Positions 61,861 to 64,000 of a stretch of DNA of 64,000 nt are shown in pieces. Position 1 is the stretch's first letter; each line of letters starts with the position of its first letter. The notes below the pieces were generated by a model. It had not been told where the DNA came from, did no database searches, and was given only the letters and a program-made list of their open reading frames with translations. This DNA comes from Nitrospinota bacterium (GTDB lineage: Bacteria; UBA8248): NCBI GenBank assembly GCA_036231405.1, contig JAZAHK010000028.1:575-64574 (forward strand). Direction: 5' to 3'. The position numbers were made by a program, and so were the translations under genes.

Positions 61861-63600
61861 ATGAGCGAATTCAAAAGCGAAGTAAAGGACGGCATGCGCA
61901 TTGATTGGAATGTTCCTCTCGAGATGAATGACGGAGTTATTTTACGATGTGATATTTATCGTCCGGATGATAACGGTAGGTATCCCTCGATACTTACATA
62001 TGGCATTTATGCTAAAGGCGTACCTTATCAGGAAGGGTATCCGTTCCATTGGAATAAAATGGTGGAGGATTACCCAGAAATTTTAGAAATGTCGACAAAT
62101 AAGTATCAAAACTGGGAAGTTACTGATCCAGAGTGCTGGGTACCTCACGGATACGCATGTGTTCGTTTTGATTCAAGGGGTGCTGGATGTTCTGAAGGAT
62201 TTATGGACCCTAATTGTCCAAGAGAAATCGAAGATTTGTATGATTGTATAGAGTGGGCAGGGACAAGGGAATGGAGTAACGGAAAAGTAGGAATGCTTGG
62301 AATCTCCTACTATTCTAGGAATCAATGGAGAATAGCGGAAAAGCATCCTCCTCATTTGACTGCTATCATCCCTTGGGAGGGTGGAAACGACCCATATAGA
62401 GATTCCGGGTATCATGGAGGAATTTTAAGTGAATTTCAAAAGCGTTGGGCAAAACATCAAATTGTAAATATTCAGCATGGACGTGGAGAAAATGGTGCAA
62501 AAAACCCAAACACAGGAGAATATGCGACGGGTCCTGTTACTTTATCAGAGGAAGAACTAGCTAAAAATCGTGTCGACGCTTTTGAAGAATCAAAAAAACG
62601 TCCCTTAGATGGGGAGTGGTGGGCTTCTCGAAGGGCAGACTTCTCAAAAATTACAATTCCTCTTCTTTCTTGTGCAAACTGGGGTGGCCAGGGTATTCAT
62701 CCTAGAGGAAATTTTAATGGATTTATCGAGTCAGCTTCGGAAGAAAAATGGCTCGAAGCTCACGGAGATTCGCACTGGTCTTTATTTTCAAGTGCCTATG
62801 GATTGGATCTTCAGAAACGATTCTTCGATCACTATTTGAAAGATATTGATAACGGATGGGAAAAAACTCCAAGAGTCATGCTTAACGTTCGTCATCCTGG
62901 TGAAAAATTTGAACGTCGTGATGAAAATGAATGGCCTCTCGAAAGAACACAATGGACGAAGTTTTATCTTGACGCAGAAAATAAGTCTCTCAATCCAGAT
63001 CCTGTATCGAATGAGAACTCAGTGGAATATGAAGCTCTCGGCGATGGAGTTACGTTTTGGATGCCTAAACTCGAATCTCCTATGGAGATTACCGGACCAA
63101 TGGCGGCAAAGATATTTGTTTCCTCCGCGACCGAAGATGCAGATTTATTCTTGGTATTGAGATTATTCGATCCAGATGGGAATGAAGAGACTTTCATGGG
63201 ATCAACTGACCCGAATACGGCTATTGCGAATGGTTGGCTTCGTGTTTCTCATAGAGCACTTTGTCCGGAGAAGAGTTCGTTCTACCGTCCTTATCATCCT
63301 CATGATAAAGCAGAAATGCTTACGCCAGACGAAGTATATGAGTGTGATATTGAAATAGTTTCATCTTGTATTGTAGTTCCCGCGGGATGGCAACTAGCTC
63401 TTTCGGTAAGAGGACAGGATTATATTTACCCTGGGGATTTAAGTGAATTTGCGAAACAGTTCTGGTATGGAACTCGTGGGACAGGTGGAATGACCCATAC
63501 TGATCCCGATAGCAGGCCAATGTCCATTTTTGGGGGGAAAGTTTCACTGTATACTGGTGGAGAGAGAGAGGCATATGTTTTATTACCGGTAATTCCGTAG
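61861..63600 (+). CDS. CocE/NonD-family alpha/beta hydrolase (X-Pro dipeptidyl-peptidase S15-like)
   Basis: 579 aa. N-terminal GVILRCDIYRPDDNGRYPSILTYGIYAKG and VRFDSRGAGCSEG nucleophile elbow. C-terminal beta-sandwich region. Confidence 0.8.
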   Translation: MSEFKSEVKDGMRIDWNVPLEMNDGVILRCDIYRPDDNGRYPSILTYGIYAKGVPYQEGYPFHWNKMVEDYPEILEMSTNKYQNWEVTDPECWVPHGYACVRFDSRGAGCSEGFMDPNCPREIEDLYDCIEWAGTREWSNGKVGMLGISYYSRNQWRIAEKHPPHLTAIIPWEGGNDPYRDSGYHGGILSEFQKRWAKHQIVNIQHGRGENGAKNPNTGEYATGPVTLSEEELAKNRVDAFEESKKRPLDGEWWASRRADFSKITIPLLSCANWGGQGIHPRGNFNGFIESASEEKWLEAHGDSHWSLFSSAYGLDLQKRFFDHYLKDIDNGWEKTPRVMLNVRHPGEKFERRDENEWPLERTQWTKFYLDAENKSLNPDPVSNENSVEYEALGDGVTFWMPKLESPMEITGPMAAKIFVSSATEDADLFLVLRLFDPDGNEETFMGSTDPNTAIANGWLRVSHRALCPEKSSFYRPYHPHDKAEMLTPDEVYECDIEIVSSCIVVPAGWQLALSVRGQDYIYPGDLSEFAKQFWYGTRGTGGMTHTDPDSRPMSIFGGKVSLYTGGEREAYVLLPVIP

Positions 63601-63610
63601 GAGGCAAAAG

Positions 63611-64000
63611 TTGAAAAAGAAGGCTCATATAAATGTTTTTATTGCGAGTCGTGGACATCATGAAGCTTCTTGGAGACATCCTGAGTCTTTTCCAAATGCC
63701 CTGACTGATATTGAATATTATCAAAACACTACGAAAAAAGCTGAGGAAGGTCTGCTGGATTCGATCTTTCTTGGAGATCATCTGTCTGTTCGCAGTGAAG
63801 TACGTCGTACAGCTCGTACTTGGCTAGAACCAATCACTGTACTATCTGCCCTTGCAGTGAATACGAGTAAGATTGGTTTGATTGCGACTGCCTCAACTAC
63901 TTATACAGAACCATTTAACTTGGCACGTCAATTTGCCTCTCTTGATCATATTAGCAATGGTCGTATCGGTTGGAATATTGTTACTTCTTGGTTGGTGGAG
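63611..64000 (+). CDS. LLM-class (luciferase-like) flavin-dependent monooxygenase, N-terminal 130 aa (continues beyond window)
   Basis: TTG at 63611 behind a TAGGAGG RBS. Sequence NVFIASRGHHEASWRHPES...IGLIATASTTYTEPFNLARQFASLDHISNGRIGWNIVTS is typical of the NtaA/SsuD/DszA family. Confidence 0.7.
   Translation, partial: MKKKAHINVFIASRGHHEASWRHPESFPNALTDIEYYQNTTKKAEEGLLDSIFLGDHLSVRSEVRRTARTWLEPITVLSALAVNTSKIGLIATASTTYTEPFNLARQFASLDHISNGRIGWNIVTSWLVE

Overview
This 64 kb window comes from a low-GC (about 37-38% by hand counts) didermic bacterium. LPS/KDO genes are present; the taxon cannot be fixed from sequence alone. Genes are densely packed. Roughly 0-31 kb is core housekeeping. The remaining sections are described below. 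A second set of hydrolase/catabolic-type genes sits at 52.9-64 kb, ending in a partial LLM monooxygenase. No tRNA, rRNA, CRISPR array, transposase or integrase was found.

Core block, 0-31 kb:
- A surface-polysaccharide/LPS glycosyltransferase cluster (flippase, GT9, GT4, GT4, polyprenyl-phosphate sugar transferase).
- kdsB-pyrG-kdsA, with kdsB and pyrG overlapping.
- A TPR protein, a CMP-kinase-like/BON protein, a trans-sulfuration PLP enzyme and thrC.
- An MFS transporter, a class-III aminotransferase, a secreted SNase-like nuclease and a YhaM-like HD protein.
- A DhnA-type aldolase and a Zn-ADH.
- recD2-like helicase, mazG, mutL, guaB and guaA.

Mosaic accessory tract, 31.3-47.3 kb:
- GC content jumps gene by gene, from 35% up to 58-60%.
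- A secreted pentapeptide-repeat protein sits behind an unusual 560-bp AT-rich spacer.
- A GC-rich amidohydrolase_2 gene.
- A low-GC VOC gene bracketed by 49-bp imperfect direct repeats.
- A GC-rich unknown gene with an internal duplication.
- A sulfonate/nitrate-type ABC transporter cassette. It lies between a decayed 5' fragment of an MBL-fold lipoprotein gene and the intact paralog 3.2 kb downstream.
- A MetE-like gene flanked by 219-bp direct repeats that duplicate the 3' end of the neighbouring SDR gene. This is the footprint of a single-crossover (Campbell-type) integration.

Oxidoreductase/hydrolase-rich tract, 47.5-64 kb:
- Two paralogous AhpD/CMD-family genes each carry an in-frame TGA at the position of the catalytic Cys in the CxxC motif. 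Protein conservation continues in frame beyond the TGA in both. A hairpin follows each TGA, 11 and 14 nt downstream. These are strong candidates for selenocysteine-containing AhpD-like peroxidase/redox proteins.
- They bracket two SDRs and a bPH membrane protein.
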